Below, in pieces: positions 1 to 12,474 of a DNA stretch of 64,000 nucleotides. The position numbers were made by a program, and so were the translations under genes. The notes beneath the pieces are model-generated. The model saw nothing but the letters and a program-made list of their open reading frames with translations. It was not told the origin of the DNA and searched no databases. Source of the DNA: Mobula hypostoma (taxonomy: Eukaryota); contig NC_086097.1 of NCBI RefSeq assembly GCF_963921235.1, forward strand, positions 220,102,001 to 220,166,000, written 5' to 3'. Positions within the stretch are counted from its first letter, which is position 1; every line of letters starts with the position of its first letter.

Positions 1-39
1 GGTTCCATACACATTTTTCCACAGCACACTTGATTGGTC

Positions 40-530
40 CTATTCTCTTGCTCTTCACATACTTGTAGAATACCTTGGGGTTTTCCTTAATCCTCTCCAC
101 CAAGGCCTTCTCATGGCTCCTTCTGGCTCTCCTAATTTTTCTTAAGCTCCTTCCTGCTAGCCTTATAATCTTCTAGATCTCTGCCTAGTTCTTTGAACCT
201 TTCATAAGCTCTTCTTTTCTTCTTGTCTAGATTTACAACAGCCTTTGTACACCACGGTTCCTGTACCCTACCATCCTTTCAATGTCTCATTGGAACGTAC
301 CTATGCAGAACTCCATGCGAGTATCCCCTGAACATTTGCCACACTTCTTCCGTACATTTCCCTGAGAATATCTGTTCCCAACTTATGCTTTCGGGTTCCT
401 GCCTGATGGCTTCATATTTCCCCTTATTCCAATTAAACGCTTTCCTAACTTGTCTGTTCCTATTCCTCTCTAATGCTATAGTAAAGGAGATAGAATTGTT
501 ATCACTATCTCCAAAATGCTCTCCCACCGA
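40..530 (-). mobile_element. CR1 LINE ORF2 fragment (endonuclease-RT linker)
   Basis: Minus-strand translation includes EHFGDSDNNSISF, FNWNKGKYEAIRQE and HEKALVERIKENPKVFYKYVKSK, typical of CR1 ORF2. Confidence 0.85.
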
Positions 531-1835
531 GAAGCTTACATATAAAAGATAAAAACTTGGGTTATAGTGTGGCAGCACTGCTGCTATAAAAGAGGGCTCT
601 GCGACACTGCCCTTCAATAATCTCTGTATTTCTGTAAGTGCTCTATCTTCAGTGACTTTATCTGCAAACCTGTTCTGGATTTCCATTCATTTTGGTCACA
701 TGACTCTGTTGCAAGACCCTCACCCAATGATGACAATAATATGACAACCCTGAATTCTAGCAGTGCAGTGCTAACTTCAGCACAAACTTGTGTAAAAAAA
801 AATCACAATCCCTCACAACCAGCTATGTTTTACTTCGAACTCTTGCTAATCAAGAAGCTACTCATGCTTCAAATGCATTATTTGCTAGCCTACATCTACA
901 GCTCTGTAGTTCCGGTTTATTTAACCCTGAGCCATCCTTCAACCTATCATGAATATCATAACTGAAATACTTCACAGCCAAGAAAGCATTAAACATCCCT
1001 ATGATATCTGACATATCAGTGCAATGAAACAATGGAGATTATTGTCACATTTCCAAAACTACCTTCATGAACTGCTGAGTGACCTACTTACGGGATATGA
1101 ATCATCATGGCACCACTGTCTATCTATGAAAAAGCTTTGCAAATATTGTTATGTAAGATTTCAAAACAACTGCACCTGTGCACACTTCATACTACAATAA
1201 AATTAATTATTTAAGAGAACACAGAAAGAGCAGGCTGCTGCCAAGAGCAGAGTTTGTTTTCTGGCACAATATCTATAAACTAGGATGCCTAACCTTATGT
1301 GGACTCATAACATAACCCGGCAAGAGTGCCTTGTGTGATGACACTAGAAAATACTGTCAAAGCAGAAAAGTCCTCATGAAGTGCCCTCATGAAATGAAAT
1401 CCTCAACTCCTAAAATTAGCAAGATTTCTCCATGCAGAGACATTGACGTTCGGCTTTGAATTAGTGCAAATCAAAGCACCGCAATGCAATTGATTGACTT
1501 CCCAAATTTAAAAAAGGTAGACAATCAGATTAAATAAAATGAAAATGCTTTATTCAGTTTAATGCAAATGAAAATGTCAATCTTTACACAATAGAAGGAT
1601 TGATTGATGGGAATGAAACTTCCTGATTTAAAGACACAAAACAGAAATGTGGTTAAATTAGTTTCTGTGAATTTCCCTTTAAAACCTAGCCAGACCACTA
1701 GATATACTATCCTGTGGCTATCAACTACGTAGCTTTGGGAAGACCAACCTCCATCTCTACCAGGAAATTCAAACATTCTCTCACAATTTCCACTATGATG
1801 TCTTGTCTTTTATAGGGCAACTGAAGATTGTAGAG

Positions 1836-1895
1836 CAAACCTGGGCTCCACGGTTAATGACAGGAGCCCATGGCATAAAAAGATAGGAACCCCTG
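1836..1895. mobile_element. Tiny hAT/Charlie-type MITE, left TIR partly deleted
   Basis: Right end GGAACCCCTG; 8-bp flanking repeat TTGTAGAG (1828-1835) / CTGTAGAG (1896-1903). Confidence 0.6.
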
Positions 1896-2134
1896 CTGTA
1901 GAGACAGAAGTGTTCTGGTGACAAAGGATTATACTGTAACAACATTCTGTAGCATGAGTTCAAACTCAGGGTAAGATTGCTCAGATTTGATTTCTGTCTT
2001 GATGGAAATGCCAAATGCTTGAGTTGAGAAAACGTTATTAATAAATGCATACAGTAGAGGTCTAAGTTCAGATTAATAAATACTATTCTGATGATAATCA
2101 CAAAAATGTTAATAGTCAAAGTCTGTCTGTAGTG

Positions 2135-2720
2135 TCATTCTGCAGATGCTGGAAATCCAAAGCAATGCGCACAAAATGCTTGAGGAACTCAGCAAGTCAG
2201 GCAGCATCTATGAAGAGGAATAAACAGTTGGCGCTTCAGACCAAGACCCTTCTTTGGGACTAGAAAGGAAGGGGTAGGCGTCAGAATAAAATGGTGGGGG
2301 AGGAAAGGAGGATTGCCGGAAAGTGATACGTGAAGCCCGGTGTTTAGGAAAGGCAAAGGGCTAGAGAAGAAGGAATCTGATAGGACAGGAGAATGGATCA
2401 TAGGAAAAAGGGAACAAGGAGGGGGACCAAGTAGATGTGATAGGCAGGTTAGAAGAGGCAAAGGGCCAAAGTGGGGAATAGAAGAAGAGGGGAGGGGTAG
2501 GGGAATTTTTTTCACCAGAAGGAGAAATCAATATTCATACCATCAGGTTGGATGCAATGCAGACAGAATATAAAGTGCTCCTCCTTTGCCCTGAGGATGC
2601 AGAAGAGGATGCCATGTCGGAATGGGGACAGGAATGGTAATTAAAATGTTTGGCCACCAGGAAGTTCCACTTTTGATGGATTGAGCAGAGGTACTCAATA
2701 AAGTGGTCCCCCAATTTACG
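2135..2720 (-). mobile_element. Degenerate Penelope (Neptune-type) 3' fragment with decayed hammerhead motif
   Basis: Same terminal layout as 44977-46175 (GGAACTCAGCAAGTCAGGCAGCATCTATG..., purine-rich UTR, GIY-YIG C-terminal remnant). Confidence 0.75.
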
Positions 2721-3194
2721 CTTACTCCTGCTTCCTATGTTGTTCCAAACAATTCACAATGTTCTTTACTCACATCTTCTGTTAAGGTTGACAACTCTCC
2801 TTTGCTCACCTGAACTTTTAGATGCTCTGCTTGCACTAATGTGTAGAACATCCATGTGGCAGGATGACACTGGGCTTCAGGTAACATGTGTAAGGTTTAA
2901 TTCATGCTAAAAGCAGATGCAGATAAACGTCCGTAATTATTGACATTTTTTCATGAAGCTTAATGCCGAGACAGCAATATTCCAGTTCAATGCAGATAGC
3001 TTGCCAGATGATTATCTTGTCTCCACACGTCCATTCCTATTCTACAAAGGGAAATAACCATACACATTCCTTGTTCTACAAAACCCGCAGAACTAATATG
3101 TACTGAAGCTAAGCATTGCAGAAACAACTCACTGCATAAACACCTAGAGAATTTATTAATGACTTCACATTCCCAAAGACTAGCCCCACTATAC

Positions 3195-3336
3195 CTTTCT
3201 GGGACTAAACAATGAAATTTCTGGTAAGAGTGAATTTATTTGAGTAAATGCAAGTGATTGTTCTGTTGTATGTGTGTGGACTTTGTCTCCAGCTGGCATT
3301 GTAATTGCAGCTAGATGAAGGTCAAACCTTGTGTGC
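3195..3336 (-). CDS. Candidate internal exon of an unidentified host gene (142 nt)
   Basis: Acceptor TATTTTTGTCTCTTTCAAG, donor AAG|GTATAG; only one open frame (HTRFDLHLAAITMPAGDKVHTHTTEQSLAFTQINSLLPEISLFSPRK); no recognised homologue. Confidence 0.25.
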
Positions 3337-3731
3337 CTTGAAAGAGACAAAAATAGCATGTGCAATTTGATGACTGCCAACGTCTGTAGTCAGGCAAACT
3401 TCTTCAGTGACCACATCATTTACCAAGTTATACCTTCACCCTATACATCTATACCCTATTGGCATTTTGGTTCTCACAGACTCATCTCTATACAGTAGAT
3501 GGATGTTTTTGTTGATTTTTGTGCAGAACGTTCCAAGATGCTACTTTCTAACTCTTGAACATAGCTAACCTTAAACTCCCAATAATAAACCACAATTAAC
3601 TTCTACAGTTTCACAAAGCATCACACTTCATACAATATTCCATTGAAGGCAGAAGTCACGTATGACAGACTAAGTGATATGCACAATTACAATATTTCAA
3701 ATAAGTGACATCTACATTGAAGGCTTATCAA

Positions 3732-3940
3732 GATGAATGAATTCCTTTCGGGATTCCAGCCAGGTACAGATATTGATTATAACTGATGCTTCAATGACAG
3801 ACTCCGCCAGATACATCAGGGATTAGGAAGATGCTGGAGCTTGTTATCAAAACATCGATAATAATCGATATCTGTACCCGGCTGGAAGCCCGGGAAGAGT
3901 TTATTCATCATGTACACCAGGAAAGGACTAGGTCCTTTTT
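3732..3940. mobile_element. Fold-back of two inverted Penelope-type termini (second family)
   Basis: GATGAATGAATTCCTTTCGGGATTCCAGCCAGGTACAGATATTGATTAT pairs with ATAATCGATATCTGTACCCGGCTGGAAGCCCGGGAAGAGTTTATTCATC; decayed CTGATG...GAA-CATC hammerhead-like cores inside. Confidence 0.6.
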
Positions 3941-3959
3941 GGCATACAAATAAAAGAGC

Positions 3960-4195
3960 CTTATGAGATGAGGAGCAATTTCTTTAGCCAGAGAGTGGTG
4001 AATCATTGCTACAGGCAGCTGTGGCCAAGTCTTCATGTACATTTAAGGCAGAGGTTGACAGATTCTTGATTGGTCAGGGATACAGACAGAAGGCAGGAGA
4101 TTGGGACTGAGAGGAAAATTGGATCAGCCATGATGAAACGGTGGAGCAGACTCGATGGGACAAATGACCTAATTCTGCTCCTATATCTTATGTCC
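3960..4195 (+). mobile_element. CR1 LINE 3' end
   Basis: GAGATGAGGAGCAATTTCTTTAGCCAGAGAGTGGTGAATC...GACTCGATGGGACAAATGACCTAATTCTGCTCCTATATCTTATG; same tail at 31880-32122 and 53705-53940. Confidence 0.8.
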
Positions 4196-4199
4196 CCTG

Positions 4200-4360
4200 C
4201 CGCCGGTCTCTTAAATTTAAGCAATCTCTCTCAAAAGATAATTGGCAGGACAGCTTTTTTGAATTACACTCCTAAGTTGTGGAATCCAATACCTAAAACT
4301 ATGAACTTAATTGACACTTCTAAACACCACCTCAAAGCCTATTTATTGATCCTTGCTTTC
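4200..4360 (+). mobile_element. L2-like LINE 3' remnant
   Basis: Translates GRTAFLNYTPKLWNPIP...FKHHLKAYL-like text, matching the L2 C-terminal 'GRAFS..APKLWNSLP...FK..LKTYL' motif. Confidence 0.55.
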
Positions 4361-4369
4361 CTGCAACAA

Positions 4370-5110
4370 CACTTCGTGTGGATGTGCTCAATGGTGGGGA
4401 CGGCCTTACCTGTGATGGACTGGGCAAAATCTACTACTTTTTATAGGATTTTCCATTCAAGGGCATTGGGGTTTCCATACCAGGCTGTGATGCTACCAGC
4501 CAATACACTCTCCACCACACACCTACAGAAGTTTGTCGAAGTTTTAGATGTAATACCGAATCTTCGCAAACATCTGAGGAAGTAGAGGCACTGCCATGCT
4601 TTCTTCATAATTTCCCTTACATGCTAGGCCCAGGACAGGACCTTCAAAATGATGACACTGAGTTGCTGACCCTCTCCACCTCTGATCCTCCAATGAGAAC
4701 TGGACCTCTGGCTTCCTCCTCTTGAATTCAATAATCGGCTCTGTTGTCTTGCTGACATTGAGTGAGAGATTGTTATTGTGGCACCACTCAGCCAGATTTT
4801 CATTCTCCCTCTTATATGCTGATTCATCACCACCTTTGATTTGGCCTACGACAGTGGTGTCGTCAGCAAACTTGAATAGGGCATTGGAGCCGTGCTTAGC
4901 CACACAGTAATTAGTGTAAAGTGAGTAGAGCAGGTGCCTCAGCACACAGCCTGAGCAGATAGGGACTGGTGAGGAGGCCAATCCCAGCTGACTGGGGTCT
5001 ACATGTAAGGAAATCGAGAATCCAATTGCACAAGGATGTATGGAGGCCAAGGTCTTGAAGTTTATTGATTAGTTTTGAGGGCATGATGATATTGAATGCT
5101 GAGCTGTAGT
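4370..5110 (-). mobile_element. Rex1/Babar-type LINE RT fragment
   Basis: [30 protein letters not shown]...WCHNNNLSLNVSKT. Confidence 0.9.
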
Positions 5111-5329
5111 CGATTTACATTGAACTATATAGGCTGCATGATAAGTGCTCTATAAATGGGTTAGTATTACTGTAAACTAAATAAGCTGTGGAATCCAAGT
5201 TATGTACTTGTGCACTTATAAAATACTTTAATGCATCAGTTTTTTTCTAAATATGCCCTGTCTGGTATCGCCCAGGAAGTTGTGTGATGGGCCATTATTG
5301 CACTCTCATTGATGGTCTATTGATTTTTC

Positions 5330-5697
5330 CTTTGGATTTTAGCATTCTGTTCAATGACTCTTGCTTCTAAATTTTTTTTTGGCGTGTGCCTGCATGCGTG
5401 CGCGTCTGTGTGTGTACGTCTGCGTGTCCATGCGTGTGTCCATGATGATGTCTTTTTCATGGCTTTTGCAAAGCGTGGAGCGAGAGAGAGAGAGAGAGAG
5501 AGAGACTGTAACACATTACTCCTCACACAGACATTTTCACAGTATTTTCCCTTTATTTTACAAGATCGAGTTGTGATCTCGACACTCAACCCAGCACGGA
5601 TGGAAAGTGCACTTGGGAGTGGACCCAACTAGTTTGGAACCCGGGAACCTCCGCTCCCGGGTCTGGCGCCGATGTCGTTGTGCCACCAGCCGACCCA
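5330..5697 (-). mobile_element. tRNA-derived SINE with internal (GA)n and (TG)-rich microsatellites
   Basis: Minus head GGCTGGTGGCACAACG...GGTTCC, body TTTCCATCCGTGCTGGGTTGAG shared with 10045-10210 and 52105-52318; (GA)n at about 5482-5504. Confidence 0.7.
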
Positions 5698-6224
5698 ACT
5701 CTTGCTTTTAAATCAGACTTCAATCACATAGTTACTTCTTAGAAGGTAATGTTCCAGAATGATGAAGGGAATATATATTTAGGAGAGTTATCATTTTCTG
5801 TTGAATACCTGCCCAACCTCTAAATTCCAGCACCTCACCTCCTGTGTCAAACTCTGACCATGAACTCTGACTGTGCTTTTTGGGTAAGGATATAAATCTG
5901 CTCTAGGCTCTCTGAGCAGCTATATGTTCCTGTAAAGAATAAACCATGTAGCCTCAACCCTGTTAATCACAACTTGACATTATACACTAATTTTATTTAC
6001 TCTGTTCTGAAAGCTGACAAGTGTGAAATGAAAACATTCCATCAGCTTGTCGAGTAATGATTGAAGAATAGGTATAAACAGATATGGAAATATTACGGGC
6101 AAGAAAGTCCTGGATAAATCAGGAAATTCACAGAATCCATGGCATTCAAGACCAGTGATCCAGAACCCTACACGAGAGGAAAAAAAGATAATTCTGTGTG
6201 ATTTTTGAGACACAATTGGATGTA

Positions 6225-7851
6225 CAGGGACATGCAAAAGTTTGGGCACCCCCGGTCAAAATTTCTGTTACTGTGAATAGCTAAGCGAGTAGCAGATAAC
6301 CTGATTTCCAAAAGGCATAAAGTTAAAAATGACACATTTCTTTAATATTTTAAGCAAAATTATTTTTTAATTTCCATCTTTTACAGTTTCAAAATAACAA
6401 AAAAGGAAAAGGGCCCAAAGCAAAGGTTTGGGCATTCTTCATGGTCAGTACTTAGTAACACCCGCTTTGGCAAGTATCACAGCTTGGAAACGTTTTCTGT
6501 AGCCAGCTAAGAGTCTTTCAATTCTTGTTTGGGGGATTTTCGCCCATTCTTCCTTGCAAAGGTCTTCTAGTTCCATAAGATTCTTGGGCCATCTTGCATG
6601 CACTGCTCTTTTGAGGTCTTCCCGCAGATTTTCAATGATGTTTAGGTTGGGGGACTGTGAGGGCCATGGCAAAACCTTCAGCTTGCGCCTCTTGAGGTAG
6701 CTCATTATGGATTTTGAGGTGTGTTTAGGATCATTATCCTGTTGTAGAAGCCATCCTCTTTTCATCTTCAGCTTTTTTTTACAGATGGTATGATGTTTGC
6801 TTCCAGAATTTGCCGATATTTAATTGAATTCATTCTTCCCTCTACCAGTGAAATTTTCCCCGTGCCACTGGCTGCAACACAAGCCCAAAGCATGATCGAT
6901 CCACCCCCATGTTTAACAGTTGCAGAGGTGCTCTTTTCATGAAACTCTGCACCCTTTTTTCTCCAAACATACCTTTGCTCGTTGCAGCCAAAAAGTTCTA
7001 TTTTAACTTCATCAGTCCAAAGGACTTGTTTCCAAAATGCATCAGGCTTGTTTAGATGTTCCTTTGCAAACTTCTGACTCTGAATTTTGTGGTGAGGACG
7101 CAGAAAAGGTTTTCTTCTGATGACTCTTCCATGAAGGTCATATTTGTGCAGGTGTCGCTGCACAGTAGAACAGTGCACCACCACTCCAGAGTCTGCTAAA
7201 TCTTCCTGAAAGTCTTTTGCAGTCAAACGGGGGTTTTGATTTGCCTTTCTAGCAATCCTACAAGCAGTTCTCTCGGAAAATTTTCTTGGTCTTCCAGACC
7301 TCAACTTGACCTCCACCGTTCCTATTAACTGCCATTTCTTAATTACATTACGAACTGAGGAAACAGCTACCTGAAAATACTTTGCTATCTTCTTATAGCC
7401 TTTTCCTGCTTTGTGGGCATCATTTATTTTAATTTTCAGAGTGCTAGGCAGCTGCTTAGAGGAGCCCAAGGCTGCTGATTGTTGGGACAAGGTTTGAGGA
7501 GTCAGGGTATTTATAAAGCCTTGAAATTTGCATCACCTGCCCTTTCCTAACAATGATTGTGAAGAAGCCACAGCCCTAACAAGCTAATTAAGGTCTGAGA
7601 CCTTGGTAAAAGTTATCTGACAGCTCAAATCTCTTGGGGTGCCCAAACTTTTGCATGGTACTCCTTTCCTTTTTTTCCCACTCTAAAATTGTACAAAACA
7701 AAAATAATACACTAATCTTGCTTAAAATGTTGAAAAGAATGTTTCGTCTTTAACTTTATGACTTTTGGAGATCAGTTCATCTTCTACTCACTTAACTATT
7801 CCCAGTAACAGAAATTTTGACCAGGGGTGCCCAGACTTTTCCATGCCACTG
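6225..7851 (-). mobile_element. Full-length Tc1 (DD34E) transposon with long IR/DR-type TIRs
   Basis: TA TSDs at 6223-6224 and 7852-7853; ~210-bp inverted termini (CAGGGACATGCAAAAGTTTGGGCACCCC / GGGGTGCCCAGACTTTTCCATGCCACTG) with inner repeats near 6421-6437 and 7636-7658. Confidence 0.95.
6445..7469 (-). pseudogene. Tc1 transposase, one frameshift and apparent ATG->TTG start change
   Basis: ORFs 6768-7490 and 6445-6765 join across an A8 run (6773-6780); GRPR, WTDE, KHGGGS, QQDNDPKH and SPNLNIIE motifs, 34 residues between second D and E. Confidence 0.93.
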
Positions 7852-7929
7852 TATAATAGCTGTGTCAGGGTTTCAATCCATTACATGGATGCAACACGTT
7901 CAATTGTGAAAAATATACTAAGTCATCTC

Positions 7930-8260
7930 ATTGGTGATGTGTTTCAATTAGCAGGACAGGTAGATAAGGTGATTAAGAAATTAAATGGGATGATTGTCTT
8001 TATTGGATAAGCCAAGATTTCAGAAATATGGAGGTCAAGCTACAGAACTTTATTTAGGTCACAGCTAGAACAGTGTGTAAATTCCAGTTACTACACCACA
8101 GGAAGGATGTAATAAGAACAATGAAGGATGTTGACCTTGGCGTTGTCAGGACTAGAGACCTATAATTATGAGAAGAGAATATCTGTACTGGAACCTTTCT
8201 CTTCAGAATAAAACAGACTGAAGGGGAATATTACTGAATTGTATTTTAAGGGATTAAGGT
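7930..8260 (+). mobile_element. Highly degenerate CR1 fragment
   Basis: QVDKVIKKLNGMIVFIG resembles the CR1 QVDKVVKKAYGMLAFI motif. Confidence 0.6.
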
Positions 8261-8324
8261 AAACAAAAAGGACCTATTTCACAAACCAACTGCATAAAAT
8301 TGACTTAACTGGGAAGGTTACTGG

Positions 8325-9590
8325 AGCAACAGGTCAACGACAGATGCCATCTCTCTGGCCCTACATTCCTCCTTAGAACACTTGGAGGATAAAGACGCAT
8401 ATGTAAGGCTCCTTTTCATTGACTACAACTCTACCTTTAATACCATCATTCCAAATAAACTGATTCCTAAGCTCCGGCACCTGGGCCTTAGCACTCAGAT
8501 CTGCAGCTGGATCAATTTCTTCACAGACAGGACCCAAGCTGTAAAAATAGGGGACAAGCTCTCCTCTACAATCACTCTGAGCACCGGTACCCCACAAGGC
8601 TGTGTACTCAGCCCCCTGCTGTACTCACTGTACACCCATGATGTGTAGCCAAGTTTCCATCAAACTCAATATATAAGTTTGCTGATGACACCACAATTGT
8701 AGACCGTATCTCGGGTAATGATGAGTTTGAGTACAGAGAGGAAATTAAGAACCTGGTGGCATGGTGCGAAGACAATAACCTATCCCTCAACGTCAGCAAG
8801 ACGAAGGAATTGGTTGTTGACTTCAGAAGGAGTAGCAGACCGCATGACCCAATTTACATCGGTGGTGCACAAGTGAAACAGGTCAAAAGCTTTAAGTTCC
8901 TGGGGTCAATATCACAAATGACCCGACTTGGTCCAACCAAGCAGAGTCCACTGCCAAGAAGGCCTACCAGCGCCTTTACTTCCTAAGAAAGCTAAAGAAA
9001 TTTGGCCTGTCCCCTAAAACCTCACTAATTTTTATAGATGCACTGTAGAAAGCATTCTTCTAGGGTGCACCACAACCTGGTATGGAAGTTGTCCTGTCCA
9101 AGACTGAAAGAAGCTGCGGAAGGTCGTGAACACGGTGCAACACATCACACAAACCAATCTTCCGTCCTTGGACTCACTTTACACCGCACACTGTCGGAGC
9201 AGTGCTGCCAGGATAATCAAGGACACAACCCACCCAGACAATGCACTTTTCGTCCCTCTTCCCTCCGGGAGAAGCTTCAGGAGCTTGAAGACTTGTACGG
9301 CCAGATTTGCGAACAGCTTCTTTCCAACTGTGATAAGACTGCTGAATGGATCCTGACCCGGATCTGGGCTGTACCCTCCAAATATCCAACCTGCCTCTCG
9401 GTTTTTTTTGTACTACCTTACTTCCTCTTTTCTGTTTTCTATTTATGGTTTATAATTTAAATTTTTAATATCTACTATCGATTTGTACTCCAGGGAGCGC
9501 GAAGCGCAGAATCAAATATCGCTGTGATGATTATACACTCCAGTATCAATTGTTTGGTGACAATTAAGTATAAAGTATAAAAGTATAAAG
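8325..9590 (+). mobile_element. Young 5'-truncated Rex1/Babar LINE with (TAAAGTA)n tail
   Basis: [59 protein letters not shown]; very similar inverted copy at 49135-50185. Confidence 0.93.
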
Positions 9591-10044
9591 GTTGGAGGAA
9601 TGTCAGAGAATAAAATTATTTCACTTCGGTGCAAGGTAGAATTTACAGCCTAAAAGGGTGATGGGGGTGGGGGGAAAAGCCCAGATTGTTTTTAAAAAGA
9701 AACTGGATCAGCATTTGGGGGCCCAAAATCTGAACACTTGGAAATGAGACTAATTTAATTTTCAACTAGCATGGACATGGTTGGTCAAACAACCTCTGTC
9801 TTTTATTCAATCACTCTAAATAGTGTACAAGAGGAAATCTGGGGATATTATTTTCAATATTCTGGTCAGTGGGAGGCAATGATCAGACGGACAAATTATG
9901 TAAGTCAGCATTTACGATCAATTATTAGTGAACAAAACATATAATATGAAACTGCATAATGTCAAGATCAAGCTGTCTTGAGCCTCCTTATTGACCAAAT
10001 TCTGCAAACACATGACTAATTATTTATATTTTTAAAAATCTGAT

Positions 10045-10210
10045 GCTGCAGATCGCTGAACCTTTTGCACCTTGTGGTGCATTGGGCAGTGTTTTTGCCA
10101 TTTCTGTAGCATGTTGATGTGGATGGAAAGCGTGTATGGAATGAGCCAGATTTGAACTTGGCTGTTTTCACCTCAAAGTCCAGAGCTGATGCCACTACAC
10201 CACTGGCCAG
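10045..10210 (-). mobile_element. tRNA-derived SINE
   Basis: Minus: TGGTGTAGTGG (A-box) ... AGTTCAAATC (B-box) ... CGCTTTCCATCC. Confidence 0.7.
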
Positions 10211-10949
10211 CATACCACATTGTACAAACATCATACTGACAGAGAGTAGGCTCCCATCTACCCTGCATTTTTTTTAAACTGAGCCAAAACAAAGGGATTT
10301 AGAAAAAATTTTGGCTGGGTTGATTTCTATAGCCATTAATCTTAATTTTGCGGGAGGAAATAATTAAGGGTAAATATGATCTATTAATCCGAAAACCCAG
10401 AAATAGGAATGAGTTGATGACTAATGTACAATTAATCTTAAATAAATACAGGACTAAAGGTAATTATTCCACAAGTCAGGAGACACATTTATAAGAAGCT
10501 TTATCTTTTTATCAGTTAATATGTATGATGTACTTAAGATTAATTGCCACTTCTATGATAGGACTAAATGAGTATTATACTGAAACAGACTGTAATATTT
10601 AAACCTTGTTTAATATTTAATACTTGTATTTTTTTACTTTAGACTGAAAAGAAAGCAACATAACTTTCAGCAAAGGAGATTATCATCAGTTAATATGGAA
10701 GAGAAGCTCATGTCAGACTAATAAACTGAACTTTGAATGAACTAGATTATGAGCTCATGAACCCTTTACTGTTCTAATTTTCTTGTACAGTTGCACAAAA
10801 ATATGTACAACAATGTTGATGTCATATACAGGTGTTCTGTGGGTTCAGCGTAGTTTGAAATTGGGGTGATATTTGATTTAGATTTGAATATTCAATGAAT
10901 ATAAAGAAACTGAAAATTTCACTTTAGCATGGTAGAAAGTACTTCTTTG

Positions 10950-11170
10950 AATCATAAGAGTTCCATCTACAGCAAAGAAACAGGCCCTTTGACCCATCTA
11001 GTCCATGCCAACCTGATTTGCCTCCTAGTCCCATCTACCTGCACCCAGACCATATCACTTCAAATTGCTCCCATCCATAAACCTATCAAAACTTCTCTTA
11101 AATGTTACAATTGACCACTTCCACAGTTGGTTCAGTCCACACTCACATCACCCTCTGAGAGAAGTTCTCT
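10950..11170 (-). mobile_element. CR1 3' end
   Basis: TACAGCAAAGAAACAGGCCCTTTGACCCATCTAGTCCATGCC, the reverse complement of the common CR1 3' tail. Confidence 0.7.
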
Positions 11171-12310
11171 CTCCACTCTCCACTTCTCTATTCTCTCTTC
11201 ACGTATGACTGCACTCCTGCTCATGCTACAAACTCAATCATCAAATTTCCAAAACACATAACTGTGATTGGCCTAATCACAAACTATAATGAATCTGCAC
11301 ATAGAAGGGAGGTGCAGAAACTGTCCGATTGGTGCAGGAACCACAACCTATCACTCAACATCAAGACAACAAAAGAAATGACAGTCGACTTCAGGAAGGC
11401 AGAGGTCCCGAAGAAGCCCCACTATAAGTGGTGGGGTAATGGAAAGAGTCTCCAGTTTCAAGTTTTTGGGGATGAACATCACCAGCTCTCTTAGTCTTTC
11501 AACACAACCTCACTAGTCGGGAAAGCACAAGAGAATCAGAGTCAGAATCAGGTTTACTATCACTGGCATGTGACGTGAAATTTGTTAACTTAACAGCAGC
11601 AGTTCAATGCAATACATAATCTTGCAGAGAGAGAGAAATAATAATAATAAAAATAAAATAAAACATAATAATAAATAAACAAGTAAATCAATCACATATA
11701 TTGAATATATTTTTTTAAATGTGCAAAACTTTTTAAAAAGTGAGGTGGTGTCCAAAGCTTCAATGTCCTTGGAATCAGATGCCAGAGGGGAAGAAGCTGT
11801 TCCTGAATTGCTGAGTGTGTGCCTTCAGGCTTCTGTATCTCCTACCTGATGGTAATAGTGAGAAAAGGGCATGCCCTGGGTGCTGGAGGTCCTTAATAAT
11901 GGACGCTGCCTTTCTGAGACTATATCACCTGAGGTGTTTAAGGAGAGCTAATCTGCCTCAAAAATTGATGGCCAACTTGTATCAATGTGTGATGGAGAGC
12001 ATACTGACATACGGAATGACAGTGTAGAACTGTAGCTGCAGCAAGACAGATCACAAAGCACTCCAACGGATGATTAGAATGGCTCAGCACATCACTGGGA
12101 TTCAACTACCAGACCTGGAGACGATCTATAACTCTTGAATGCCTACGGCATGCTTGTAACTTCATTAATGACCCACCCACCCCGCACACTGTCTGTTCAA
12201 TCTCCTGCCATCTGGTAGGAGATACAGAAACATCTTAGCCAAGAAGTAAAACTGAAAAACAGCTTCTTCCGGAGGGCTATTATGCAGCTGAATAATGCTA
12301 GTTCCCGGCC
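11170..12310 (+). mobile_element. Rex1/Babar LINE fragment interrupted by a second Rex fragment (11533-11920, minus)
   Basis: WCRNHNLSLNIKTTKEMTVDFRK; GKAQ|RLYHLR motif is split by an insert with an (AATCAG)n tail. Confidence 0.85.
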
Positions 12311-12474
12311 AATGGCCTTTGAGTGTTATGGACTATCAAAGTCACTTATTGCATGTAAATATAGGAATTTTTTTTTAATTGTTGTACAGCATGCATTATA
12401 AATATCTGAAATACCTGACTTGCAGGGACTATTGTCTTGAGCAATGGCAAGAAAGTTCTATACTATTCTATTTT

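Noticed and set aside
279..686. 135-aa ORF as a host-CR1 fusion gene
   Set aside because: CR1 remnant read through into flanking DNA; no promoter or clear acceptor evidence
2809..2906. Minus-strand segment with a good acceptor and CAG|GTGAGC donor
   Set aside because: Stops in all three frames; at most a non-coding exon, no further support
10643..10723. Plus-strand terminal-exon-like LKRKQHNFQQRRLSSVNMEEKLMSD*
   Set aside because: Unrecognised peptide, no linked upstream exons, chance level in AT-rich DNA
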